Shown here piece by piece: positions 7,768-16,867 of a stretch of DNA of 27,140 bases; within the stretch, counting starts at the first letter, position 1; every line of letters starts with the position of its first letter. Position numbers and translations under genes: made by a program. Below the pieces are notes generated by a model. The model ran no database searches. It saw nothing but the letters and a program-made list of their open reading frames with translations, and was not told the origin of the DNA. The stretch is taken from contig JBKHVI010000014.1 in the NCBI GenBank assembly GCA_046570105.1, forward strand, positions 23,780-50,919. The letters are read 5' to 3'. This DNA comes from Bacteriovoracia bacterium (GTDB lineage Bacteria; Bdellovibrionota; Bacteriovoracia; Bacteriovoracales; Bacteriovoracaceae).

Positions 7768-8508
7768 CTAGAGCTGAACGAGCTGACCTTTACCCGTGAT
7801 GTGGTAAGTGTCGTGTGTATCGATTGTGCTCAAAACTGATTCCACTTTGTAATTGACCGACATCACCATACCAGCGACAGGATCTTTACGAGTTCCATGA
7901 TTCTGTAATCCCACCATTCTCATGCTGGCATTGAAATCAAAGCCCCAAGAAACTTTCACGTCACTTGGAATGATCTGTGCAGCGGTGATGTAAGCACCTT
8001 TACCGTCATAAGATCCTGAGTGAGCGAATACCACTGTGTAAGTGAACTTAACGACTGAAGAACCATAAAGATTCTTGTAGTTCATTGTCACTTTTCGAGC
8101 AGTCGGGAGCGACCATCCTTCCGTATCCATAATGTCGACTGGCTCACCTGCTTCATTCTTAGGAAGCACTGACAACGGAGCATAGCTGGTGTTGACGACT
8201 GGCTTACCTTTCTTAACGATTTCATAAATGCGCTCGCCCAATGCAATCACGTCATTGGCGATTTGAATAACCTGGCCGATATTGGCCTTCTGCCCTGGAT
8301 GACCATCTACACTTGGCATGCCAGGAAGCTCCTGAGCATTAAGTGTGGTCACTTCTTCTTCTAGAACCGAAGTGAATGTCCCTGCCTCTGTTACTGTCTC
8401 TACTTCTAGCTGCACCGAGTTGATCGTGAGATACTTATCGAGATCTGTGGACGCTGACGCTGACATCATACCTAAAGCGACTGACAGAACTGCCATACTC
8501 TTAACCAT
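7768..8508 (-). CDS. Secreted hypothetical protein (246 aa), beta-rich C-terminal domain
   Basis: Start at ATG 8508 after SD GAGGGGG. Signal peptide MVKSMAVLSVALGMMSASA. Has its own terminator. Confidence 0.8.
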   Translation of the reverse strand: MVKSMAVLSVALGMMSASASTDLDKYLTINSVQLEVETVTEAGTFTSVLEEEVTTLNAQELPGMPSVDGHPGQKANIGQVIQIANDVIALGERIYEIVKKGKPVVNTSYAPLSVLPKNEAGEPVDIMDTEGWSLPTARKVTMNYKNLYGSSVVKFTYTVVFAHSGSYDGKGAYITAAQIIPSDVKVSWGFDFNASMRMVGLQNHGTRKDPVAGMVMSVNYKVESVLSTIDTHDTYHITGKGQLVQL

Positions 8509-8773
8509 GAAATCCCCCTCAAAACTCGCTGCCTCCAATGGCATTGATTAGGGCATGTTTACCGATAGGTGACTGGATAAGTCAAAAAAGAAATTCCTAA
8601 CTCTTTCTGACACTCAAAAGACAAATCAAGGGGGCCCTGAAAAACTTACTTAACCCAATTTTAACAAACCCTTGGGGTTGCCAAGGGGCCCCAAGACGCG
8701 GTTAAATAGTGGACATTACATATAAGGTTTTCTAATAAGTACTAGTGGCCCGGCTAATTCTAAAGGATTCTGG

Positions 8774-9664
8774 ATGAAGTCTCTTCTCGCCTTGTCTTTA
8801 ATGTTAAGTCTTTCGGCGTGGGCCGGACTTAAGGTCGGCACTTATAATATCCGTAATTTTGATTACGACGTCCGCGAAGATATCCAAACCAACAAACCAG
8901 AATTAGCGCAAATTCTACTCTCACTTAAATTTGATCTATTAGGTGTGAATGAAATTAACAATGGCGAAGAGCTCGCAAGCTTCATCAAATCAAAAATGCC
9001 CAGCTACCAGGTTGTATTATCTAATTGTGGTGGCCGTGGTGGGCAGTCGTTAGGCTTTATCTATAATAGCAAAAAAATTCGTCTCATTGAATTTACTGAA
9101 GAGCTTGGTATTACTAATCCGGAAGGTCAGCCCACTTGCAATGGCAGTTCACGACCAATGGGTGTCGGGAAATTTGAAAACCTTGAAACAAAAGAAGTGT
9201 TTTATTCTTACCAAGTACACTTAAAGGCCGGTGATAATGCTGAAGCTCAAGAGAAGCGTGCCCTACAGTACGAATTCATAAAAAATTATCTTAAAAGCGC
9301 AGAAGCTGCTGGTAAGAAAAACTATGTAGTAATGGGTGATTTCAATACCACTGGTTACTTAAGTCGTGACCAAGATTACAAGAAATTCACTGCCATGCTT
9401 AACGCTAACAAGCTGACTAATTTAACCGCACCATTGGGCTGCTCGGCTTATTGGTGGGGCGCCACAGACGACAATACCGAAATTCCCTCTCAGCTTGATC
9501 ATATTGTGATGTCGGCCGGCTATCTTTCCTTAAAGGAATCAACTCCTAAGGCCCAACTGCATGGCCACTGCAAGAAAGTGACCTGCAGGCCCGCTTCTAG
9601 TGACTCCCTCGGTGTGAGTTACCAGGAAGTTTCTGATCATTGCCCAATGACTGTTGAAATTTAA
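8774..9664 (+). CDS. Secreted endonuclease/exonuclease/phosphatase (EEP, DNase I-like) protein
   Basis: Signal peptide (SAWA|G). Motifs TYNIRNF, GVNEI, HLKAG, MGDFN, LDHI and SDHCP. SD AAGGA. Confidence 0.9.
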   Translation: MKSLLALSLMLSLSAWAGLKVGTYNIRNFDYDVREDIQTNKPELAQILLSLKFDLLGVNEINNGEELASFIKSKMPSYQVVLSNCGGRGGQSLGFIYNSKKIRLIEFTEELGITNPEGQPTCNGSSRPMGVGKFENLETKEVFYSYQVHLKAGDNAEAQEKRALQYEFIKNYLKSAEAAGKKNYVVMGDFNTTGYLSRDQDYKKFTAMLNANKLTNLTAPLGCSAYWWGATDDNTEIPSQLDHIVMSAGYLSLKESTPKAQLHGHCKKVTCRPASSDSLGVSYQEVSDHCPMTVEI

Positions 9665-9665
9665 T

Positions 9666-10250
9666 ATGCGCTATCTCAGTATTGATATTGAGGCCACTGG
9701 TCTTGCCCAAGATTGCTTGATGATTGAATTTGCCATGATTCCCTTTGATGCCTCAACTGGCACCATGGAAGAGAGTCTTGCAAAATCGGTTTATATCCAA
9801 TGCCCAGATTTTGAAACTCTTAAACCCAAGCTTGATCCTTGGGTGATTGAGCACAATGAGACTCTTATCCGTAAGGCCCACGCTGAAGGCATGCCGATGG
9901 AAAAGTTTAAAGAGATGATGACAAGTTATCTCGAATCAGCGGAAGTGAAGAGCTACTTTAATAATCAGAAAATTACTTTATTTGGAAAATCAATGTCGGC
10001 GATTGATCTTCCCTTTCTCAACCGAGATCTTGGCTGGGAATTTATGCGCAAATACTTTCAGCATCGCCAGCTCGATCTTTCGGGCACCGCCTATGCTTTA
10101 ATGGATATCGGCCTACTTCCTCAAGGGATGGAATCGGGTTCTGCGCTGATGCGCTATCTGGGATTTGGTGCGGTAGCACACACTGCACTGGAAGATGCTC
10201 GTAATACCGCTTTGATGTATCTAAAAATTATCGAGAAGATTAAAAACTAA
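9666..10250 (+). CDS. DEDDh 3'-5' exonuclease (DnaQ/oligoribonuclease-like)
   Basis: ExoI SIDIEATG, ExoII SAIDLPFL, ExoIII HTALEDA. Start at ATG 9666, one base after the upstream stop. Confidence 0.88.
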   Translation: MRYLSIDIEATGLAQDCLMIEFAMIPFDASTGTMEESLAKSVYIQCPDFETLKPKLDPWVIEHNETLIRKAHAEGMPMEKFKEMMTSYLESAEVKSYFNNQKITLFGKSMSAIDLPFLNRDLGWEFMRKYFQHRQLDLSGTAYALMDIGLLPQGMESGSALMRYLGFGAVAHTALEDARNTALMYLKIIEKIKN

Positions 10251-10894
10251 GGCTTCTTGGCCATCCCCAAATATTGCGCCGGATCCCGCGCTTTATCATG
10301 CACTCGAATTTCAAAATGCAGATGCGGTCCAGTTGATCTGCCTGTATTTCCGGTGTGGGCAATCACTTCACCACGCTTCACTCGATCACCCTTATCGACC
10401 ATCATCTTGTCGAGGTGAGCATAGACTGAGAACACTTTATTCGCATGCTCGATGACAATCATATTTCCATAACCACTAATCTTATCATCTGCGTATTTCA
10501 CATATCCATCCTGGACGGCCACTGTTGGAGTTCCAATGGGTGCCGGGATATCAATCCCTTCATGTTTTTTGCCCCAGCGATTACCAAAGCCTGAAGAAAT
10601 ACGTTTAACTTTTGGTACCGGCCATGCAAATTCGCCAGTGCCGAGAGAATCATAATTTTCAACCGCGCGCGTCCCTTGCAGGAATGGCAAAATGCCAATT
10701 TTGTTGGGAACAAAAACCCACTGCCCCGCCATTAGTTTTGGATTGAGATCTTTCAATTGCTCTACCGTCGTGCCATTTTCACGCGCCAACTTTTCTAAGG
10801 GTTGACCGGGTTTCCAGTAAACATGCTGACCACTGCGCATGTGAGAGCAAGAGGCCAATAAGAGAAAGACAAAACTAATTAAAGCGTGCTGCAT
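10247..10894 (-). CDS. LysM + M23 peptidase lipoprotein (NlpD-like)
   Basis: Lipobox LLAS|C, LysM-like segment, M23 Zn motifs HEGID and HLHFE. SD GGAGG before ATG 10894. Follows surE, as nlpD commonly does. Confidence 0.88.
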   Translation of the reverse strand: MQHALISFVFLLLASCSHMRSGQHVYWKPGQPLEKLARENGTTVEQLKDLNPKLMAGQWVFVPNKIGILPFLQGTRAVENYDSLGTGEFAWPVPKVKRISSGFGNRWGKKHEGIDIPAPIGTPTVAVQDGYVKYADDKISGYGNMIVIEHANKVFSVYAHLDKMMVDKGDRVKRGEVIAHTGNTGRSTGPHLHFEIRVHDKARDPAQYLGMAKKP

Positions 10895-11654
10895 GAAGTG
10901 CCTCCACTGCATTTTTCACTGGACTCCAATCAATCGGCGCTCCAGGAATGAGCACATGAGCTGTGAGGGCCGCAAAACCATGTTCCACGGCATGACAGTC
11001 TGATTGATCATCAGAGCGATAACCCTGATAGTGTCCCGCAATCCAGAAATACTCTCTTCCTCGTGCGTCTTCACGATGATGGATCTCTTCTGAATAGTTT
11101 CTAAAACCAACGGTGGTAAAGCGCAGGCCTTTGACATCTTTGAGTTCCACATCAGGCACATTTAAATTTAAGAGAGTCATGGGTGGAAGCAGTTTTAAAA
11201 TTCCTGCTTCGACAATCATGGCGGCAATTTCCGCGGCCGTCGCATAATGATGGCCTTGAGCTTGTAGCTGTTTGAACACGAGGCTTGTGGCCAGCGCCGG
11301 TACTCCATGAAAAACGGCTTCGCGAGCTGCTGCGACTGTTCCAGAGTAATAGAGATCTTGACCAAGGTTGGCGCCACGATTAATTCCCGTCACGACGAAG
11401 TCTGGACGATCGTTTTTGCAAACATGTCCGAGTCCCATCAAAGTACAGTCGGCCGGAAAGCCACTGCAGCCCCATACGCCTTCAGAGATTTTTTCTAAAC
11501 GAAGTGGTTTATCTAAAGTGAGAGAGTGTCCTGTGGTTGATCGCTCTTCTAGAGGTGCAACCATAGTTGTGCGGGCCATTTTACTTAAACGGTCATTGAG
11601 CGTTTTGATACCAATCGCAAAAACACCATCGTCATTGGAGATGAGAATATGCAT
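10875..11654 (-). CDS. surE: 5'/3'-nucleotidase SurE
   Basis: Motifs ILISNDDG, GFPADC and GINRGANLG..YYSGTVAAARE. Confidence 0.96.
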   Translation of the reverse strand: MHILISNDDGVFAIGIKTLNDRLSKMARTTMVAPLEERSTTGHSLTLDKPLRLEKISEGVWGCSGFPADCTLMGLGHVCKNDRPDFVVTGINRGANLGQDLYYSGTVAAAREAVFHGVPALATSLVFKQLQAQGHHYATAAEIAAMIVEAGILKLLPPMTLLNLNVPDVELKDVKGLRFTTVGFRNYSEEIHHREDARGREYFWIAGHYQGYRSDDQSDCHAVEHGFAALTAHVLIPGAPIDWSPVKNAVEALHAARFN

Positions 11655-11661
11655 ACAAGTA

Positions 11662-12222
11662 TTATAAGGCCAAGCGACATAGGGGCAGAATGAAGGCCTC
11701 TGGGCAAGATGTTCCCACTGATTCTGGATGAAATTGGTAAGTCAGAGCACGCTTATGGGAGAGCATCACCCACTCACCACCCTCCTCCCAGCCACTCCAC
11801 TCTCGCGGCAATGTACGTGCTGGAACTCCTAGTGAATTATAGCGCTGAACTTCCACTTGTTTGGGCCATTGGAATTTTTTCTGCCACATCGGCGGCACCT
11901 TCCATACAAATGATTCACCATGAGCAGGCCTGTTTGATCGTTCAACAGCAAGTCCTAAAAAGCGGGCAATAAATTGATGACCTAAGCAGATGCCCGCCAT
12001 AGGAATTCCCGTCTTCCACCACGCCATGATTTTTTCTTCGATACGATAATCATCGGGGTGACCGGGACCTGGTCCTAAGACTAATAAACTTGGCGATCGT
12101 GTGGTAGGCAGTGTCCATTCACGCCAAGGGATAATGCGACATTCAACGCCTTGTCGCAAAAACTCAGCAGCGATGTTGTAGGTAAAACTATCATCAAAAT
12201 CAACTAACCAAACTTGTGCCAT
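11662..12222 (-). CDS. Class I glutamine amidotransferase, PabA/TrpG-like
   Basis: Motifs DFDDSFTYNI, GPGPGHP, GICLGHQ (nucleophile Cys), RYNSL and FHPES. TAATG overlap with the lptD stop places the start at 12222. Confidence 0.88.
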   Translation of the reverse strand: MAQVWLVDFDDSFTYNIAAEFLRQGVECRIIPWREWTLPTTRSPSLLVLGPGPGHPDDYRIEEKIMAWWKTGIPMAGICLGHQFIARFLGLAVERSNRPAHGESFVWKVPPMWQKKFQWPKQVEVQRYNSLGVPARTLPREWSGWEEGGEWVMLSHKRALTYQFHPESVGTSCPEAFILPLCRLAL

Positions 12223-14642
12223 TACTGCATCCGTTGCATACGAAACCAATCACGTCGATAGCTCGCAAAACGTTCATCACCAAAGTTAAATAAGACGTTA
12301 AAGCCGTAACGGAATCCAACCAGTGATTCTTGGTAATTGAGACTTAAAATCCAGCAATTATTATGAGGCATGATATCCAGCGCGTAGACCGTGCGAATAT
12401 CGTCACGTGCTTCAAGGTCTACTTGGCGAACATAGGAGAGCCCAATGGTATCCGTTGGTCGAACCTGAATACCTGCGGAAAGAGTATTCAAGCGACGTTC
12501 TTCGAGAGAGTTATAATTATAGGCCGTTAAGAGATTTAAAAAATCGAACTCACGTTGCCACGCCATTTGAAACAAGTGTTGGCTGTTGCGATGGAAAAAA
12601 TACTCCGAAAAAGACAACGACCATTTGGCCGCCAGATACCCGGCCTTAACCGCAAGACGAGTAAGCTTATCGCGTAAATCATCAAACTCTTGGTCAAATA
12701 AATAACCTTGCGAGACATTAAAATATCCCTTCTTTTGATAGGAGAAATTATCACGAAGATAGCGCTGATCGGTGCGCCAGTCGGTGGCCTTGGGTGATTT
12801 ACGAATCAAAACATTGTTCCACTGAAACTCAAGCGTGTTGGAAGGCGGAATAACCGTTCGAGTAATGTTGGCACCGAGCAAGTATTCTTGCGAACGAACC
12901 GCATCGGTATAATCAAACCACCCACTGTTTTCTTGAATCTGATTTAAGAATACGGGGTTCCCTGATTCCGTCTCAGAAGTGATGAAGTGATGAATGAATT
13001 TATATTCTTGTGAGTAACGATAGGCCTGTCTCGCCACCATCACACCGTCGTTTGTTAAACTCGATTCAAACGGAGGAAGTTTACCTACCAGTTTTGTTTT
13101 CTTCTGAGCACGAGTTAAGGGCTTAGGACCTGAGCGCTCTTTTTCGCGCATTCTTTTGAGGTAGGCCTTTGGTAAGTTTTGTGCCGGAATTTTTTCTTCA
13201 AAAGCTAAACCAAATATTTTATCAACCGTAAATGAGGCTTCTGTTCGTAAGAGAGTGGCACTCTTCTCAGCACCAAACTCACTAGAAGCTTCTGGAAAGC
13301 GGTATTTTTGATAATCAAACGTCGCCTCAGTTTTTACCCCGAGCGGTCCCCAATTAAATAAATGCCAGCCCAAATAAGGTTTGGCGGTAAAACGATCAGC
13401 GTCACGGATAGGATTTGACTCTCGATTCTCCACACGTCTAAAACGCGTAAAACTACCATCCACACCGGCGTAGATATGTCGCAAGAAAGGCATATCACTT
13501 TGAATCAGCGTAAAAGGTGTAGTCCCAAGACTCACGCGTGGAAGCGTTTGCACATAGTCGCGATCAAATTCTTCGGGATCTGCAAAGAGTTGGTTGCGCG
13601 AGTATTCACTTTGTAGGCTTAGGGCCCAACGCTCTCCTCGCCCATCCACAAAACCATTAAAGCCAAAATCACTCGAGTTCACTCGATTATCTGTATACAG
13701 TGGATGGTCACGCACGATATCGAGGTCTCGTGTATCGGTGAAGCGCATATGGTGCGACCAGTTGGGATTCCAATACCAATGATTTTCTACATCGCCAAAA
13801 TAACGAGTGTAATTACGGCCGGACTCGCTTAAATCATTCTTACCTGGCAGATAAATCGTGTCGTTCAAAAATCGGCCATTACCTTCGAACCAACGTTGAG
13901 GCGCAAAACGTTGGCGATATTCGAGATCTGTTCCATAACCTCGCTTCGCCCAAAAGGTCGGAGTGATAGTGGCGTCTTTGTCTTCATCAATCGCCCAGAA
14001 GACTGGTTGCTCAAGCGAAAGACCGACTCCGTTTTGTGAAGAGATGCGAGGAAAGAGAAGACCCGATTTTCTTTGCGAGAGCGGCACCACCATATAGGGC
14101 AAGTAGAGAACGCTCACGCCTTTTATTTTGGCCAGGCCGTGATAAATCTCGGCGCGCTCTTTGAGATAAATCAAAATTTTTCGGCCATAGACTGACCAAG
14201 ATTCCGTACAATCACGACAAGTGGTAAATTCAGCATCACGAGCTTCAATCAACCCGCCAGGGCGACGATACAATTCACGAGAGACAACATTAAACTGTGG
14301 GTGAACAATGCGTGCATTCTTTACTTGGGCATAACCCGAGGCCGCATGATACTCAAGCTGAGAACCATAAAGTGTTAAGTCTTGAGTAATGAAGCGAACA
14401 TTTCCATCCACCTTAAAGATCATCGTGCGTCGATCAAAAGTGGCAGACTCTCCGTAGAGAGTGTCTTTCTCATTGACTACAACGACGTTACCGACGGCTT
14501 CAAAAACGTCCCCTCCTTCCTTACGGAAAGCACGATCAGAAAAAATGGAAAGGGTATCACCGAGTTGAAACTGAGGAGTGGCCGCTTGCAGTTGATTGAT
14601 GAGTAGGAGCGTGACGCAAATGATCTTGCAGCATGCCCACAA
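12222..14642 (-). CDS. lptD: LPS-assembly outer membrane protein LptD (start uncertain)
   Basis: N-terminal OstA-like jellyroll (AVGNVVV, FTTC..C), RKSGLLFP, YRQRF, C-terminal NNCW and beta-strands. A TTG at 14642 gives a plausible signal peptide. Confidence 0.88.
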   Translation of the reverse strand: MWACCKIICVTLLLINQLQAATPQFQLGDTLSIFSDRAFRKEGGDVFEAVGNVVVVNEKDTLYGESATFDRRTMIFKVDGNVRFITQDLTLYGSQLEYHAASGYAQVKNARIVHPQFNVVSRELYRRPGGLIEARDAEFTTCRDCTESWSVYGRKILIYLKERAEIYHGLAKIKGVSVLYLPYMVVPLSQRKSGLLFPRISSQNGVGLSLEQPVFWAIDEDKDATITPTFWAKRGYGTDLEYRQRFAPQRWFEGNGRFLNDTIYLPGKNDLSESGRNYTRYFGDVENHWYWNPNWSHHMRFTDTRDLDIVRDHPLYTDNRVNSSDFGFNGFVDGRGERWALSLQSEYSRNQLFADPEEFDRDYVQTLPRVSLGTTPFTLIQSDMPFLRHIYAGVDGSFTRFRRVENRESNPIRDADRFTAKPYLGWHLFNWGPLGVKTEATFDYQKYRFPEASSEFGAEKSATLLRTEASFTVDKIFGLAFEEKIPAQNLPKAYLKRMREKERSGPKPLTRAQKKTKLVGKLPPFESSLTNDGVMVARQAYRYSQEYKFIHHFITSETESGNPVFLNQIQENSGWFDYTDAVRSQEYLLGANITRTVIPPSNTLEFQWNNVLIRKSPKATDWRTDQRYLRDNFSYQKKGYFNVSQGYLFDQEFDDLRDKLTRLAVKAGYLAAKWSLSFSEYFFHRNSQHLFQMAWQREFDFLNLLTAYNYNSLEERRLNTLSAGIQVRPTDTIGLSYVRQVDLEARDDIRTVYALDIMPHNNCWILSLNYQESLVGFRYGFNVLFNFGDERFASYRRDWFRMQRMQ

Positions 14643-15807
14643 AATAGTATGACCCCACCACCAAGATGGATTGCGAAGTACCGCCTGCGAGTTGTTGAAT
14701 AAGCTCATTCCATTCATGGACATACTTGGTATGCACTCCTTCGTCATACCCCCACCAGCCTGAAGGCGCTGCCGCCTTCAAATGCGAAAAGCGTGTGATG
14801 TTGAGCTGAGTTGACTCATTACTAAGTCTTTTCAGCATCCGAACCATTGCCTTTAAATCGGCAACTGGCCGCTCGGAAAAAGCACCCCACACCTGATGGA
14901 AAAACTCCTTCCCTTGATTGTAGGAACTCGACTGCAGAAAATGAACCAATTTCCTCACTCCGTCAGGATTATGTGAGCCGTAAAATGTGAAGCGATGGCC
15001 CTGCCACTCCATCACCTCCCCTCGACCGGGGAAAGTTTGTGACGAACATTCAACCTCTGTTTGAAAAAGTGACCGCCACAACTCTCCTGCGAGCCTGCGA
15101 TTGCGCTCAGAAAAGCCGGTATGACAGCTGATAAGCCCCTCATGAAACAGATCCTGCCACTTGATAGCGAGAGGCTTTATATTTATCGCTGTTTGCTCTC
15201 GTAGGTAGACCGATTCCAAGGCCGAGACAAGAGTGCAATTTGGTCGGGTAACTCCCAACTTCTCGCGCAAAATCTGATCAAACCGAGAACCCAGGAATTC
15301 TTGATGATCTCGCGAAATTGAGGTCAATCCCACCACCTGAGCGTCACAGAGGCTCACTGCATCAAAGCGGCCACCCAGGCCCACTTCTAAAATCCAAAGT
15401 TGAGCTTTTTTGGAAAGCCCCCATCGCAGAAATGTGGCCCACAGTGCTTCGTAGTAACTCAATCCGACTTGCTGATGCGCGCGCTTTTCTTCTCCGGCCA
15501 GCAACAATGTTTCCAATTCCTGCAAACTGATCTCACCCTCATTGGTTTGAAAACGTTCACACACTGAGTGAAGATGAGGCGAAGTCCAGAGGACAAAAGA
15601 GATTCCCTGTTCACGCGCTAGCTGCGCCAAGGTAAAAGCTGTTTCACCTTTACCGTTAGTTCCGGCAATGGTGACAATTTTAGGATTAAGATTTTTGAGT
15701 TGAGCTAACTCATCCCGGAGAAACCCACCGACTCGCTCAAGACCTGGACGAAATTTTTCCGCCCCGTATAGCTGCATAAGCCAGTGCTGTAACTCTTGAG
15801 CGGTCAT
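14557..15807 (-). CDS. folC: Dihydrofolate synthase/folylpolyglutamate synthase
   Basis: Motifs IAGTNGKG, TSPHL, EVGLGGRFDA, SRDHQEFLG, SHNPDG and GSYY. Follows accD. Confidence 0.92.
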   Translation of the reverse strand: MTAQELQHWLMQLYGAEKFRPGLERVGGFLRDELAQLKNLNPKIVTIAGTNGKGETAFTLAQLAREQGISFVLWTSPHLHSVCERFQTNEGEISLQELETLLLAGEEKRAHQQVGLSYYEALWATFLRWGLSKKAQLWILEVGLGGRFDAVSLCDAQVVGLTSISRDHQEFLGSRFDQILREKLGVTRPNCTLVSALESVYLREQTAINIKPLAIKWQDLFHEGLISCHTGFSERNRRLAGELWRSLFQTEVECSSQTFPGRGEVMEWQGHRFTFYGSHNPDGVRKLVHFLQSSSYNQGKEFFHQVWGAFSERPVADLKAMVRMLKRLSNESTQLNITRFSHLKAAAPSGWWGYDEGVHTKYVHEWNELIQQLAGGTSQSILVVGSYYFVGMLQDHLRHAPTHQSTASGHSSVSTR

Positions 15808-16664
15808 GTCCCGGCGACGGGGGCCAATAGACGCAAGAAGAATGAGAGTTCTTTCTTAAGTTCTTTGCGATCACAGATACGATCTATAAAACCATGATCA
15901 CGTAAAAACTCTGAACGCTGGAATCCATCCGGCAAAGTTTGGCGAATTGATTGCTCGATCACTCGCGGTCCGGCGAACCCAATGAGTGCCTTGGGCTCAG
16001 CGATATTCAAATCACCCAACATGGCATAGCTAGCAGCACAGCCACCGGTGGTGGGATCAGTCAGTACAGAGATATAAGGAATTTTGGCTTCTTTCAAACG
16101 AGCACGAGAGGCCGAAGTTTTTGCCATTTGCATGAGCGAGAGAATTCCCTCTTGCATGCGGGCACCACCCGAACAACTCACTACCACACAGGGGATTTTT
16201 TTCTCAAAAGCTAGATCCATTGCCAAAGCAACTTTCTCACCGGTCACCACGCCCATCGATCCACCCATAAAACGAAAATCCATCAGCGCCATGGCCACAG
16301 GTTGACCTTCGATCAGACCCGTTCCACAGATCGTCCCATCAGTGGTACCGGTACTTTTATAGGCCTGCTGCAAACGAGCAGCATAATCAATCTTGTCTTT
16401 AAATTTGAGTGGGTCACTGCTCGCCAAATCAGCAGCGTATTCATGAAAGCTGCCTTCATCACATAGCAGTTCAATACGTTCAATCGCCCCTAAGCGATAA
16501 TGATGAGAACAATAGGGACACACCTGGAAGTTCTCCTCCAGCTTGTCGGTCTGAATAATCTCGCCACAGGAAACACATTTTTTCCAAAGGCCCGTGGGAG
16601 TGGTGCTGACACCCTTCTTGAGGTTTTTAAGCTTAGGATTTTTAATGTCGTGAAAATGGCCCAT
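15804..16664 (-). CDS. accD: Acetyl-CoA carboxylase carboxyltransferase beta subunit
   Basis: C4 zinc finger (CVSC...CPYC), FMGGSMG, SGGARMQEG, PTTGG, GFAGPRVIEQ. SD GAGGAGG. Confidence 0.97.
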   Translation of the reverse strand: MGHFHDIKNPKLKNLKKGVSTTPTGLWKKCVSCGEIIQTDKLEENFQVCPYCSHHYRLGAIERIELLCDEGSFHEYAADLASSDPLKFKDKIDYAARLQQAYKSTGTTDGTICGTGLIEGQPVAMALMDFRFMGGSMGVVTGEKVALAMDLAFEKKIPCVVVSCSGGARMQEGILSLMQMAKTSASRARLKEAKIPYISVLTDPTTGGCAASYAMLGDLNIAEPKALIGFAGPRVIEQSIRQTLPDGFQRSEFLRDHGFIDRICDRKELKKELSFFLRLLAPVAGT

Positions 16665-16822
16665 GGGCCCTCCTCGTTTCCTGCCCCAAATTATCGTCGC
16701 CCTTAAGGAAAGGACACTGATCCGGGAGCAGATTTAAGTAGCCGAAACTTAATACCATGACCGGAATTAGGCCGGAAAGTGCTGATTTTAGAGTATCCGC
16801 CTAAATAACTCCGTTAAACTAT

Positions 16823-16849
16823 TAAGAAATGGCCATTTAAAACCGATAG
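16823..16849 (+). promoter_or_regulatory. Sigma28 (FliA)-like promoter
   Basis: TAAG-N15-ACCGATAG versus consensus TAAA-N15-GCCGATAA, ending 18 nt upstream of ATG 16868. Confidence 0.6.
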
Positions 16850-16867
16850 GCCCTTGAGGTGGTTTGT

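Noticed and set aside
8542..8568. Sigma28-like -10 (ACCGATAG) on the + strand
   Set aside because: No TAAA-like -35 at 15 nt (CATT), and it is ~200 nt from the next + gene.
14643..14747. ORF-track N-terminal extension of LptD
   Set aside because: It lies deep inside folC and precedes the signal-peptide-like segment; a later start is more plausible.
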